Source: Felis catus
Lineage: Eukaryota
Assembly: GCF_018350175.1 (NCBI RefSeq)
Contig: NC_058368.1
Coordinates: 118,050,001-118,114,000, forward strand
Direction: 5' to 3'
DNA: 64,000 bases
The translations under genes and the position numbers were made by a program. Of this stretch, positions 24,151 through 36,984 are shown in pieces; position 1 is the first letter of the stretch, and every line of letters starts with the position of its first letter. Below the pieces are notes generated by a model. The model was not told the origin of the DNA, did no database searches, and saw only the letters and a list, made by a program, of their open reading frames with translations.

Positions 24151-25300
24151 ACACAGGGTATTGTTTGTAAGAACTTAGAGGTATCACAAGGGATGATTTA
24201 AATGCTTTATTTTTGTAATTGAAATTATACCCGAGTGATTTCTGAGGCATGGACTTGGCCTTTTGGAGAGATTGGTGGGGCCATGTCTTGTTTCCTTATT
24301 TGTCGTTGGTTTGTCAGTGATGAGAGCCAATGCTGTTAGGCTCTAGAAACAACGTAGTGGTCCCCTCGCCTCCCAGGCAGCTTGTAATTTGGTCGTGGGC
24401 TGGCGTCTCTGGGAAACCTGCCACCCTTGTCTGTGGAGCTCCTGCCTCCCACCTGCTCCCCCCATGCCCCTTCCCAGAGCCCACCCACGTTTGCTCAGTT
24501 GACCACCCTGGAACCAAAGCAAACCTTCAGAAGAAGCCCAACGGCAGGCCCAGCAAGGCACCCACCCGTTCTTGGGCAGGCCCAGTGCAGCCACGGCCCT
24601 CTGTCAGTGTGCCACATGCCAGGGAGCCACAGGACCCGGCCACCAGCCCAAAGCTTCAGAACCAGAGATGGAGAGAGAAGGATCCCCCTTTGCGGATTAT
24701 CATCTCAGGGTTTAACAGCACTGAAGTTAAAGTTACCTTTACCGTCAGCTCCAGCTTTATGCTGGTTGCTATGTGTTAATTCACAGACACGCATCAATTT
24801 CTCTTCTCATGTGTCCTCCACGAAGTTTGTCCTCAGTTTTGATCTTCTGCATTCATTCTGCCTGTCTTTTCTCTGGGCCGAGAACGGTGCTGGGAGCTGG
24901 GGGGGAGGTCACTGAAGAACGAGCATGACTGGAATCTGGGCCTGGCTAGAACAGCTGTGAGGCAGCTCGCTGCAGGCAGGGCAGGGAGGGATCTATCAGC
25001 TGCAGAGCCTGCCCCCTGGCCTATCAGAGGCAGACCCCCCACCCCACCCCGCCCCCTGCAGCCACACTTAACTGTAGGAGTCCCGTCTCCAGTCTTGGGT
25101 CTTGGAACATTCCATGCTCCCCACCTCGTTAAAGTCTTGGCACCTGCTGTTCCCACTGCTAGAATACGTTTCCCGCCCCCACCCCCTCAACAGCCAACTA
25201 CTATCCTAAGAAGCCTTCCTTTTCCAGCCACCCTGACTGTATCTGATAAATTTATTACATGCACGCACGGAACTGTTTCCTTCAGAGTACATAGTTCTGT

Positions 25301-25415
25301 CTTATGTATTTAGTTTTATTTTCAAAGTACTCCCTGCACCCATTGTGGGGCTCGAGCTCATGACCCCGAGAACAAGAGTTTTACGTGCTACCAACAGAGC
25401 CAGCCAGGCGCCCCC
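25301..25415 (-). mobile_element. CanSINE, short type
   Basis: Head GAGCCAGCCAGGCGCCCC; TSD CATAGTTCTGT. Confidence 0.9.
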
Positions 25416-26750
25416 ATAGTTCTGTTTTGAGTAACGCGTGCATATATGTATGTGATTATTTCATTAGTATTTATCTTCCCTACTTGGCTGTAAACTCTGA
25501 CAGTGGCAGGAACGTGTCTTTGGTTGCTCATCACCTAACCCCACGGTAACCTGTGTTTAAGCGTTTAGGGGTTGGGTTCCCAGAGAACTGCTAGTTCCTG
25601 GTACCAGATGGAGGCTTGGGAAGTGTGTGCACGGTGGGTATGTACATGGTGGGCAGCTCCTGAAGGCTACAGGATGGGGCTCTTTCTCCTGCAGGCACAA
25701 GCTGAGCTGGTCTGTCGACACATCCTTTGCAGATGTGAAAGAATCCAGTAAGATGGAAATGAGAGAGGGCTGGGCAGGAGAGGATGTTTGCAGATACTAG
25801 GCATTTCCTGACCTTCTAAACAGCAAGAACCCAGGACACCTGAACCGGTGGCTCCCCATTTACCTTCAGAACGGGCCACAAGGCACCTCGTTTCACTGAT
25901 GTCTCTATTCCATCACCTTTTTACCTCTTGGCTACCAGTCTCTATAGTAGGATTTGCTAGAGAGGAGCAAGGGGCGTGCTTCATTTTTCTGCTCTATGCC
26001 AAGTCTCAGCCAGGGAGAGGAAGCCCTGTAATCAGATGTTTTCTCTCCTCTGCTCCTTTGTTAGGATACTGCTCTGAAAGAATGTCCCGTTTCATTGAAG
26101 AGCTGAGCCAGCCTCAGCACGAGCCCTTTTTTTCAGTTGGATTGTATTTATTCCCAAATGGTGCTGGGCAAATACACTTCTGTGTCCCCACTTCCCTGGG
26201 ATGTCCTGCCGAACAACATTTTGAATTAATACTTAGAATCTGTGTGGCAGCAGGTGCATAACCCAGGAATTGGGTAGAGATGTGGTCTTTATGATCTGGA
26301 AAAAGAGATCATTCTTGAGTACTCCCAAACTGGGCTTCAAGCATGAGTGCCCAACTAGCCCTTCTCCTTGACCGTCCAATGAAAATAAAATATAACAGTG
26401 CACAGTCTAGGTCAGACTGAACAGCCTACAAGGACTAGGGCGGTGGAGCTCTCCTGTAGTTGTAGAGTGTACTTCCTTGTTAGCTCTCTAGTCCTCACCA
26501 CTCCCTTTTGTCCTGAGATTACATTTGACTGCCAGTTTCGAAGGAACAGACTCCTTAGGTGGTCACACATCTTAGTTTCTATTTTGGTTGTTAGATGTTT
26601 GGGATGGGGACTATGGCGAACTAGCAAGATTGTGATTATTCCAGAGGACGACTGCTTTTCAGCGGAGATTAGGGACCCTGTGTCACCAAGATAATCTGGG
26701 TTTTCAAGAGCAACTCGATAACTGGATTAATGTAAGATTTTCTAATTTTT

Positions 26751-26953
26751 TAAATATATTTTTTGAATGTTTACTTATTTTTGAAAGAGAGACAGAGCAT
26801 GAGCAGGGGAGGGGCAAAGAGAGAGGGAGACACAGAATCCAAAGCAGACTCCAGGCTCTGAGCTGAGTCTGACAGGGGCTCAAACGCATGAACTGTGAGA
26901 TCATGACCTGAGCTGAAGTCAGATGCTTAACGGACTGAGCCACCGAGGTGCCC
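26751..26953 (-). mobile_element. CanSINE
   Basis: Full body; TSD GATTTTCTAATTTTT. Confidence 0.95.
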
Positions 26954-27339
26954 TGTGGATTTTCTAATTTTTAAATGTTGACCACAAACCCATGATGTGA
27001 AATATTCTTTGTGGGTCTCACAAAACTTATCTGGGAGTGACATTTTGCCCAAGAGTTAGCAGTCCCTGGGCCAGTGCAGGGTGAGTCATCAGAAAGGCGC
27101 CATTTCTTCAAATGGCAGAATACAAGCAAATGGGTGTAGATGAGAGAAGGATTTAACCCCAAAAAGAGCTTCCAGGAAGCTGCATGGGGTGTTGGAGGGA
27201 GATGGGCTTTGGCCCATGGGGTCCCATGCGAGACAGTGTGAATGGCCCAGTCAGTCCACCTCACGGAGTCTCACCTTTCCAAAGCATGAAATGGGAAGAT
27301 GGCATTTGTTTCTTAGAGCCCATCAAGGTGGCCTTTGTA

Positions 27340-28130
27340 GTGCTCAGTTGCTGTCACTCCATCAGGCCTCACCTTCAACATGATCAAACAGAACTGGTCA
27401 TGGCGCTCAGGTGTTCTGATGGTTGTTCAACAGCCCCATGTTCCATCTCACCAGTTTGGGCTCAGCTTTCTTCCTTGACCTGTAGCCATTGTCTGGGTCC
27501 TACCCCACATCTGTCTCCTGTCTGTCTTGTATTCCTTCCCTCCTCTTTACCTCCCTTGCCATCATTGCCTTGAGGTACTTATTACCTTTTAGCGGGATGA
27601 TGGTAACTGTTTCTACACCACTAGTCCTCCTTCCTCCCGAATCACTGGACACATGTCTCCAGCCCACCTTCCTGCGGTGTATCTCTGCTGGGGGCAGTGG
27701 TTAGCCCCCCGACCAGTTGGTAGAGGTTCCCATGCCTGGCCCCATCACTTTCTTCATCTTCTCTCTTGCCAGCCCGTCCATGCTCTTCTCCTGATACCCC
27801 TGCTTCCCTCCTCTCACCCACTGGCCCCCAGCCCCTTTGGTCTCTTCCAGTTGCTCACGTCTGCCATGTTCTTTCCAGGATCCTGATACTTGGCACGTTG
27901 GTCTCCCCTCTCTTCACTCAGCCAACCCTTAAATGTTTGTGCCTCACATGACATTTCTCTAGTCTCCCCCCTTATTTGCCCATTGCACCCTAGACTTCTT
28001 GGCTTTTACCCCAGTGGTAATGAATTATTTGTGTATAAATGTGTCCATCTCTAGCTTGCTCATTGGACTGAAGGGCTGGGAAGGCGGCACCACACCTGGC
28101 TCTTCTGCGTCTCCTGTTCACTGAATGACT
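27340..28130 (+). mobile_element. L2 fragment, highly degraded
   Basis: Pyrimidine-rich L2-like sequence ending CTGAATGA. Confidence 0.5.
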
Positions 28131-28284
28131 GTAGACTCTTCCTACTTGAACTTCTGCAGAGAAATGGAATGACTGGCTGTTTCATGCACTCACTTTAGAG
28201 TCTTTAATTACATGGGGTCTGGCATGGTCTGCCTTGTGTCACTTCTGTCTCTACCCCTATGGGCTGTACCGTGTTGCCATTTTA

Positions 28285-28570
28285 TCTCATTGTGTCTTAA
28301 TCTCTTCAACTGTAAAGTGGGGCAGATAATAGTACCTATCTGGCAGCATCCCCGTCCTACCTTGTGTTAGCTGTGTTCCCCTTGGCCATGTAACCTCCCT
28401 GAGCTTGGGTTTCCCCTTTAGTAAAATGTGGGTGGTGATAGTAATACCCTCATCCCCGTTCATCCCCATTGTCGGGAGGATGAAATGAGGGAACGTGCGT
28501 GAAGTGCACTGCCCCATGCCTTGCATAGAGCACTGCTCAGTAAATGATTACTCCTTTTATGATTGTTATT
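28285..28570 (+). mobile_element. MIR, two adjacent pieces
   Basis: CTGTAAAGTGGGG..ATAATAGTACCT; then TTAGCTGTG..GTAAAATG..GAGGATGAAATGAG..GCTCAGTAAAT. Confidence 0.8.
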
Positions 28571-29374
28571 AGTCTAGTGGTTGTTCTGGCACAAATTAGA
28601 GAGACCTGTTTCTGGTAATGCTTTTAGGGCCATGTGTGGGGAGAATTAGATGCTCCTGCACTGTTACTTGGGTTGCTGGTGGCAAGGGAGCGTTACATGG
28701 AAAGAGCCATGGTCCACTACTTCTCTCTCCTGGCTCTAGCTCTTATTCTCAGGGCCCGTTTTTGACCTTGAACTAAGGTATTAGCAAGATAGCCTGTTTG
28801 TTGTGACTGGTGCAGCCTTGGACCATCTTTCACTTCCTGGAGGCAGCTTCCTCGACCATGCCATCAGAGATGCTTCTCCGTCCTCATTCCTTCTCCATCC
28901 CACCCCCCCCCCCCCCAGTTTATTTCCATCATAGGATTTTCCCTGACTCATGACATTATGTGTGGTTTGTTTTCTTCCTTCCTAGACTGGAAGTTCCACG
29001 AGGTCAGAGACTTTGTATGGTTCTCTTTGGGGAGAGCAGAAAAGAAAACCCTGCAGAGGACCTTGGATATACTTTAAAAGTTGAGGATTTTAATCTGGTG
29101 TCAAGTCTGATTTGGAGGTTGGAAACGATCAGAGACAGGAGGGCAGCTCTCTCTCTATCAGTGGAGTTTGACTCTGTCATGAATGGATTCTCTTAATTTC
29201 ACACGGAACTTTCCATGTGTGTGGCCTGTCCATCTCTAAGGAGAACACAAAGCCTTCTCACCCCACTCTAAGCCGAGGATGTGTTTCTCCTTGGTCAGCT
29301 GGTGGCCTCCCAGAGCCCACTGGCCCGGCTGTACCCGGCTTGTCTCCGGATGACCTCGATCATGGTGGGTTCAG

Positions 29375-29570
29375 AACAGTAGTAGAAATAACAGCAACCA
29401 GCATTCATCTGTGGAGCTTTTCCTGTGTGCCAGTAGCTCAGTAAGTGCTCTTAGTGCCCCCGTTTTATGGAGGAAGAAACAAACTGAGGTTCGCAGAACA
29501 CACGTTATTAGTCTAAAATCATACAAGTAGCAGGGCCAATGTGCAAACCATGCCATCTGTTTTGAAAAGC
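29375..29570 (-). mobile_element. MIR
   Basis: TGTGTGCCAG..CCCCGTTTTATGGAGGAAGAAACAAACTGAGG. Confidence 0.7.
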
Positions 29571-30104
29571 ATCGGCTTCGCTGTTGTGGTGCTGAACCGT
29601 GGAAGACTTTACATCACTCAGGTTTGGTTTGAGATCTGTTGCGGGCAGGTAGAGAGAGGGAGAAGGGCAAGGAAACGCTGTAGATTTATCTTGCTAATTT
29701 TACCAGGGCTTGAGCTAATATTAAAGTCATTTTGAGCCCTCCACTGACAAAGGCGGAAGAGAGAACCCAGTTCGATATTAAATATTTGCAATGGAAAATT
29801 CACAAAGCCTTTCTGAATGGAAGATATTTCCGAGTCATTCCCCTGGGACTAATTCAGCCAGTTGTTCCTTGTGCGGCATGCTTCCTGTGGTTGCTTCACT
29901 CTTCTCAGAAATGAACATTCCTGACTTTGAAGTCCTGGGGTTATGCTGGGCTAGCGGCTGAACTCTGCCTCGGTTTCCCTGGCAATGCGTGAATAGAGGG
30001 GACAGGGCTGTGTATTGCATTTAATTGTCCGAGTTATAATTCTCTGATATGTGAAAGTTACATTAAGCCCGGCGCCTTGGGTCACGGAGGTAGGATATAT
30101 CACA

Positions 30105-30360
30105 ATCATAATAACCGTAGTAGCGGATGCTGAGTGAGCATTTGCCGTGTGCCGTACCGAGTGCTCAGCACTTCACATGTCCTCGCTCTTTGAGTCCTAA
30201 CTACTGCCCCATAGTCAAGGTCCTATTAACCCTCTTTTATAGACTAAGGATCGGCATCACAGAGGTTAAGTTCTGGGCCCCGCTCGCACGAGGCAGAGTC
30301 GAGACAAGAAGCCAGGACGGCTTGACTCAGAGCTTCCACGCTGTCACTCACGATGCTGTG
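30105..30360 (-). mobile_element. MIR
   Basis: TGAGCATTTGCCGTGTGCC..TTTTATAGA..CACAGAGGTTAAG. Confidence 0.75.
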
Positions 30361-30699
30361 TGCCACAGAACTTTGAAGTGGTCAGTGGAGGAGCTAGAGG
30401 TCATTCCAGACCCCTGGCTATGGTGGGCCAGAATTGCCAGCACTGAGGGTGGAGGATCTCCATGTCTGCTTTGGCTGCCCTGTCACCTGCTACATTCCTG
30501 GTGATCTCGGTCTGCTATACATCCAAGCAGGCGAGGAACCGGGGTGGCTGCTCATTTTCAGTTTGGAGACGCGCACCGTGAGCCCTTCAGGGGAGAAAGC
30601 CCTGGAGTGTAGGAAGTAGCAGTGTCCTTTCCTTCCTCACGACCATGTCGCCTGAATTAGCGGGAGCTCCGGTTTCCAAAGAGGTAACCTCCGGGAGGG

Positions 30700-31250
30700 A
30701 AACTCAAGGAGGACAGGGACTTTGTGAATGTTGTTCGGTGCTGTGTTCCCAGGACTCAGAATAGCACCTGGCACGCTGTGAGGTGTGTTACACATTTGCT
30801 GAATCTTCACTCCTACCTGGCCCCCTGCTTCTGCTGTTGACCTCTGCTGTATGTCTCCCCTTCAGCTAGAGCTTCTCATGTGCTTTTGTACAAAGTGCTG
30901 TTCCGTCTGCATAACGTGGTGTTCCCTACTCTTTGCCTGCTGAATTCCTTCTCCTACTCGGGTCTCAGCTTCAGTGTCACCCCTTTTGATGGGCTTTCCT
31001 AGATCTCCATGTAGCCCTGCCCCCACGGCCACAAGGTGTCCCTTTGCTCAACGCTCTCTAACACCCTGTACTCTTCCTTTAAGGTATGTGTCCCGGTCTA
31101 TACTTATACATAAATGAGTGGAACCGTTCAGTGTCTGACCTCTCACTAAACTCTTAGCTCCACAAGGGCAGAGAACCTGTCTGTTTTGTTCATTCTTGTA
31201 ACTCCCTGGGTTTAGCGGGTGGTCACTAACATTTGTGAATGAATGAGTGT
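30700..31250 (+). mobile_element. L2 3' fragments
   Basis: GGACAGGGACTTTG..CACCTGGCAC; AGCTCCACAAGGGCAGAGAAC..GAATGAATGA. Confidence 0.75.
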
Positions 31251-32301
31251 GTTCTTTGCTCTCCCCGCTGGCAGCAGATTCCTCCAGAGTGATAGGTTCC
31301 AGTGTAGTTAATATTTATAACTGGATGAAGAGTTTTCTCCCCACCCTGACCTTCACAACCACGGCATTAGCATAACTCAGACTCACTGCATCACTGAAGG
31401 GAGTGGTTTATTTTCCCTTTGGATTTGAGGACACTCGGCTCACGGAAAGCTCTTGTCTGCCTTCACCATAGTTACCTGTCCCCATGCCAGAGGGTCATGG
31501 CTATTTCCTGAATATCTTAGGGTTCTTGAGAGTCATACAGAAAGAGTCTTAGTTCTCAACCATCTATTTTATGGGCAAGGGGAAGAAAGGCACGTCTGTG
31601 GACCCACCTGTCTGTCTGTCTCTCTCTCTCCCATTCCTTTCCCTACTTCATGGTATCATGTTGGCATTGAAATGAATGAATCATTCACTAGGGAAAATAG
31701 GAAAAGTTGGGAAAAATCAAAACCATTGATACTTTCCATCAAGGAAAAGCTGGGTTACTGCAGTCTGGGGGTGAGCAGAGAGCTCTTGTGTCTGAGGCCA
31801 GAGCTGGAGGGAAGCCTCCGAATAAAACATTTTGCAGGCTGTGAACTGTCGCTGGGCTCCAGTACCCTTGACCTCTCTCACAGGTGGCCACTTTGAAGGG
31901 TAAGGCATACAGGAGAGACCAGAAATTCTGCTTGGGCCCTTCTGGTCTCGCTCTTTCCTTCATTCCCCTTTCTCGTTATTGACGAATGCAGCTTGGGCTT
32001 GTCCTCACTCAGCCCCTTCCTCATCACTTTTGGCTTTCGGCTCGCCCGCCTGACATCCTGTGGACGCTGCAGTTCAGACAAACAGCAAGATCATCAAAGA
32101 GAAGAGCATGAATGAAAAACTGCTTTATGACATGCCTTCAAAGTGTCTTTTTAGAAGTTCAAAGGATGTGGAGAGGAGGCAGGGGAATCAAAGACGATGG
32201 GGGAGAGCAATGAACTCTCCAAGGGATCGTCGGGTTTTTCATTGTATATTTTCTGTGACGCTTGTGATGTAAAAATCAAAAGTAATCTCAGCCCTCAAGG
32301 G

Positions 32302-32302
<1 letters not shown>

Positions 32303-32337
<35 letters not shown>
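32303..32337. repeat. (TG)n microsatellite
   Basis: About 17 TG units. Confidence 0.97.
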
Positions 32338-32338
<1 letters not shown>

Positions 32339-33089
32339 TACATCTGATGCAAAGAAGGAGAAAACTCACCTTGCTGGTGGACGGCTTTACCCTGGCCTTC
32401 TAAGTCCTATGTTAGCATCTGCATTTCCTGTTGGGATCTCGATCGAATATTTTGACCTGGGAAGGCTGTGTCCAGAGATGGAGCTTGAATGCTGCTTATG
32501 TGGTTCGATGGAGATGAATAATTTAGTCTCTGCAGAAATCCCCCATTACCTTTTCCATTTAAAGACGAGCTAGAGTCTGGTTGTAGCAGTGGATGTGCAG
32601 AGCTCAGAAAAGATCTGGTGTAGATCATAAGATCCCAGAGCTTCCCTTCTGACAGATAGAACCAAGGTTCCACTTGAGGCTGGAGCCAGACCTAACGGAT
32701 ACACTTGTAGGAGCACCACTGATACTTTGATACTTTTAAATGCCTTGTGCCTAATATACCCAGAATATTTTGGCAACTAACATAGTACCTGGCCCATGGA
32801 GGATGCTTGGATGAAATGCATGAATGACGGAAAAAATGAACAGCTTTGTTTTGTAAGCCTAGAGAAGATTCTTTCACGGGAATGTTTCCTATTGTCCTTG
32901 GGCCGTTCAGGCCCAGTATACAAGGATAGTCTTGAGCATGAAATTTGGATTGCCGTTGGTCAAGTCTGCAAGCGATTTCAGCCAGAAGGGACAGATAGCC
33001 CAACTCAAACTGGATTGCGATAGAAGGAATTTTGTTGAATACAATTATTGAAAACTACAAAGGTAGATTTGACCCTGGCTTGATTGAGA

Positions 33090-33447
33090 AAATGAAATGA
33101 ATGTGTCCCTGTATAGTTCACACAGTACAACAACCCTAACGCTTAATGTGATGGTGTTTGGAGGTGGGGCCTTTGGGACATGATTACGTCATGAGGGTGA
33201 AGCCCTCCTGACTGGGATTAGTACTGTTACCAAAGAGGCCCCAGGGGACTCCCTGGTCCCTTCTGCCCTGGGAGGACACAGCGAGAAGATAGCTGGCAGA
33301 CCAGGAAGTGCTTACCAGACATGGAACTTACCAGCACCTTGCTCTTGGACTCTCCAGCCTTCAGAGCTGTGAGAAGTAAATGTCTGTTAGTTACATGCTA
33401 CTAAGTCTGCGGTATTTTTGTCACAGCAACCCAAATGGACTAAGGCA
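33090..33447 (+). mobile_element. MLT1A-type MaLR solo LTR
   Basis: AATGTGATGGTGTTTGGAGGTGGGGCCTTTGGG..CACCTTGCTCTTGGAC..CTGTGAGAAGTAAATGTCTG..GGACTAAGGCA. Confidence 0.9.
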
Positions 33448-33574
33448 GCTGATTGAAGGGCTCTGACAATGTCCTTAGGACTCTGTTTTACCCTCTTCAT
33501 CTCTCACCTCTGCTTTGTGTGTGTTAGCTCTCTGCTTTCCCCCAGCCTCTCCCCGAGGGTGCCAGGGCCCAGGA

Positions 33575-34185
33575 AGTATTGTTTCACAGCTAAAAATATA
33601 CTCTCTGGAGCCAGAAGCGTGCTTAATTTGAATCCCCAATCTGTAGCTTAATAGTTTGTTCAACCTTAGACTTGTTTCTTTTTTTTTTTTTAATGTTTAT
33701 TTACTTTTGAGACAGACAGAGACAGAGCAGATGCTTAACTGACTGAGCCACGCAGGCGCCCCAAGACTTGTTTCTTAACATCTCTGTGCCTCGTTTTCCA
33801 TGTCTTTACATTGGAGATGATGATGGTGATGGTGATAGTCATAGCTAAAATATACCGAGCACTTGCATGTGCCTGGTGTTCTAAAGACTGCACATAGATA
33901 AATTGACTAGTCTTTGCAACAACCTATGAGGTAGGTACTATTTTGGTCCCATGATACAGATGAGGAAACTGAGGTATAGGAAGTTTAAATAACTTGCCAG
34001 AATTCAAATGCAATACTGTTGACCTCCAAACTATGCCATCTCATATAATAAATAGAACTGGCAACTCCTAGGACTCATGTGGGAATTAAATGAGATAATA
34101 ATTGTGTGTGTGTGTACACACACTCACACACACACATACACACACACGTGCTTAGTAAGTCCTTGGCACATAGGATTTAAAAACT
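33575..34185 (+). mobile_element. MIR (+) containing a deleted CanSINE and an antisense MIR (~33838-34045)
   Basis: MIR head at 33575, core at 33777, tail GGAATTAAATGAGATAAT at 34082; inner CCCATGATACAGATGAGGAAACTGAGG is antisense. Confidence 0.8.
33678..33762 (-). mobile_element. Internally deleted mini-CanSINE
   Basis: Tail joined directly to head; perfect TSD AGACTTGTTTCTT. Confidence 0.9.
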
Positions 34186-34700
34186 TAAAAAAGAAAAACA
34201 GCTGCCCGCAACTTTTGGTCTCTATGCTATGCTCTTCGTAACCTCAGCAGAGAATGATTGTCTCTTCTAAGAGTGCCACAAAACTCTCAGAACTGGGTCT
34301 TGTTGACTCTTTTGGGGTCACATATCCATTGTTGAACCAGCCATTATGGCCAAGAGATTGCGATGTTCTGACAAGCAAAGCTGGTTCATATATGCCTCCC
34401 CTCAGACTGAGGGTGGAGTCAGGACTACCTGGATCACATCATCTGAAAAGTGAAGGAAAGTTGTTTCTTCAGATCAGAATAGTAGGGTTACTCGCAGCGG
34501 ATAGAGAAACTACACACAGTGTCCACACTGGCAATAGAGGCTGGATTTCTTTGGGAGAAGAGTGTTGTGGCTGATAAACGAAATGAGAAGGTGGTCTGAG
34601 AACCCCCCCCCCCCCCCCCCCCCCCCGCCCAAGTCCTGTTGAATCCTTTAGCATGGAGTAGTAAGGAAAGAGGGATGAATAGGCTTGGAAAGAATCACCA

Positions 34701-34896
34701 TTTTATTTACTTATTTATTTCTTTAGAGAGTTCGAGTCGGGGAGGGGCAGAAAGAGGGAGAGAGAGAATCCCAAGCAGGATCCACACTGTCAGCATAGAG
34801 CCCAACGTGGGACTCGATTTCACAAATTGTGAGATCATGACCTGGGCTGAAATCGAGAGTCAGATGCTTAACTGGCTGAGCTACCCAGGCACTCCA
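34701..34896 (-). mobile_element. CanSINE
   Basis: Full body; TSD AAGA(A/G)TCACCATTTT. Confidence 0.95.
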
Positions 34897-36027
34897 AGAG
34901 TCACCATTTTTAAGGCTCAACTCACTGTATTGTTTAGGGCAGCACTCAGAGAGGTTAAGTCAGGAAGTCAAGTGCTAGTTCATCTGGATCTACAGGAAGG
35001 TAAATAGGACATAATTACCCAGATGGCATGTGGGCAGGCCTTGAGGCCACCTTGTGAGAAGTGCTGGGCAAGCATTCACAACCACTAATGATGCCCCTTA
35101 AGGCCCTGGTGCTGCTTAGAGATGGCGCCACCAGCCATTCCCAAGGTCCCATTCCCATGGTCCTGGGTGAGTCAGGCCATGCTGTTGCAGCAGGGCCCCT
35201 GCCTGATTCACCCAGTTCCACTTCCTCTACTTCCTGGTGGTCCCCACCCACACAACCACCACACCCAGGTTAGCCCTGACCAGTGGGACCAAAATTAGCA
35301 TCTGAGGCAAAAATGGGAATCTTGGGCCAAGGTCTTGTGGGTGGTAGATGAATTACAAAGGGGCCTAGAGGCACAGATACCAGTTTACCAGTTTATGTTT
35401 AGGTCTCGACCATGTTCCACTTACTGGGCCATCTCTTGTTGGAGGAGACATAAAAACATTTCCTTGAGTGGCCAAGTTTCAGCAGCTAACTTCAGTCAAC
35501 CATCTCAGGGTTAGCCTGGCAATGTGAGTGTGTAGTGGGGACCATCGCCATAAAAATAACTTGATGATAGAAACTCAGCTCTTTGTCACAACTGTTTATC
35601 ATATGTGTATATGGGTCTAGACAATTTTGTATATTATTGGCCATGCTGGTTCTTCCAAAGACTCCTACCCTGCATTCTTCTGTGCACTGATGGCCTTGCT
35701 TAAGACTTCACTGAAGAATGAGACCGTCAACTGGACAACCCTCCTTCTCCCTCTGTTCTTCGCTGAGGCTCCAGAACCGTCTCCTTCTGCAAACTGTGGG
35801 TATCTTATCCACAATTTTTTCCTTCTGTCTCTCCCTGCTATATTATTGATTTATCTTTTCTGTTTCCTTTCTTTAAACCTATGTTGAAATGACTCATTGT
35901 GCAAATAAGCACCTTCCCTCACTCTCCACAATGCCTGTAGCTATACCCTTTCTACCAAATGTCTTGAAAGAGAAGTGTGTTTATTATCCCCACTTCTCAA
36001 CAGCCGTTACAATCTGTTTTCATTTCT

Positions 36028-36250
36028 TTTTTTTTTTAATTTTTTTTAACATTTATTTATTTTTGAGACAGAGAGAGACAGAGCATGAATGGGGGAGGGG
36101 CAGAGAGAGAGGGAGACACAGAATTGGAAGCAGGCTCCAGGCTCTGAGCCATCAGCCCAGAGCCCGACACAGGGCTCGAACTCACGGACCGTGAGATCGT
36201 GGCCTGAGCTGAAGTCTGATGCTTAACCAACTGAGCCACCCAGGCGCCCC
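36028..36250 (-). mobile_element. Felid CanSINE
   Basis: Full body; near-perfect TSD AATCTGTTT(T/C)CATTTCT. Confidence 0.97.
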
Positions 36251-36544
36251 AATCTGTTTCCATTTCTATCACATCACTGAAATTGCCCTTCTAGGCTTAC
36301 AACAACTTGAAGCCTTCCAAATGTTTTAAATAGTTCATCCCTATCAGTAAAAAAAGAAATTGAATATGTGTCTCAAGGTATGAATATTCATTTGTAAATT
36401 ACAGACATATGTTAGTATGTAAATATATACACTTATATAAAACATAAATCAATACAAATGATGATTTAAATGAAGAAGGTCAAATATTTTCCCTAAGACG
36501 ACAGTCTCCTGCATGTTTGGGTCTCATTACTGATCCAATATATT

Positions 36545-36751
36545 TTATTTCATTTTGTTGACAATTTTATTGAGATATAATACAATGAAATCAGTTTTAA
36601 ATGTACAAATCACAAAAATTCAATGAGTTTAGACAGTTGTATAAAGTCTTACAACCACTACCCCAGTCATAATGTAAAACATTTATATCATCTCAGAAAG
36701 ATTACCCATTCCTCTTTGTTAATCCTTTACCCCTGGCAACCAGTAGCCTGC
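36545..36751 (-). mobile_element. Old L1M 3' end
   Basis: TTTTATTGAGATATAA..AATTCAATGAGTTT..AACATTT..CCCTGGCAACCA. Confidence 0.75.
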
Positions 36752-36787
36752 TTTTTTTTTTAAAAATTTTTTATGTTTATTTATTTT

Positions 36788-36824
<37 letters not shown>

Positions 36825-36984
36825 GAGGGAAGGGCAGAGAGAGAGGGAGACACAGGATCTAAAGTAGGCTCCAGGCTCCAAGCGGTCAGCACAGAGCCCA
36901 ACGTGCTGCTTGAACCCATGAACTGTGAGATCATGACCTGAGCCAAAGTTGGATGCTTAACCAACTGATCCACCCAGGCACCCC
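36752..36984 (-). mobile_element. CanSINE
   Basis: Full body with (GA)n. Confidence 0.95.

Larger units (their letters stand above)
32985..34520 (-). mobile_element. Old MaLR LTR (MLT1J/K-like) broken into pieces by later insertions
   Basis: CCCAACTCAAACTGG (33000); GGGCTCTGACAATGTC (33458); GGGTCACATATCC..TGAACCA..TGGCCAAG (34315-34355). Confidence 0.6.
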
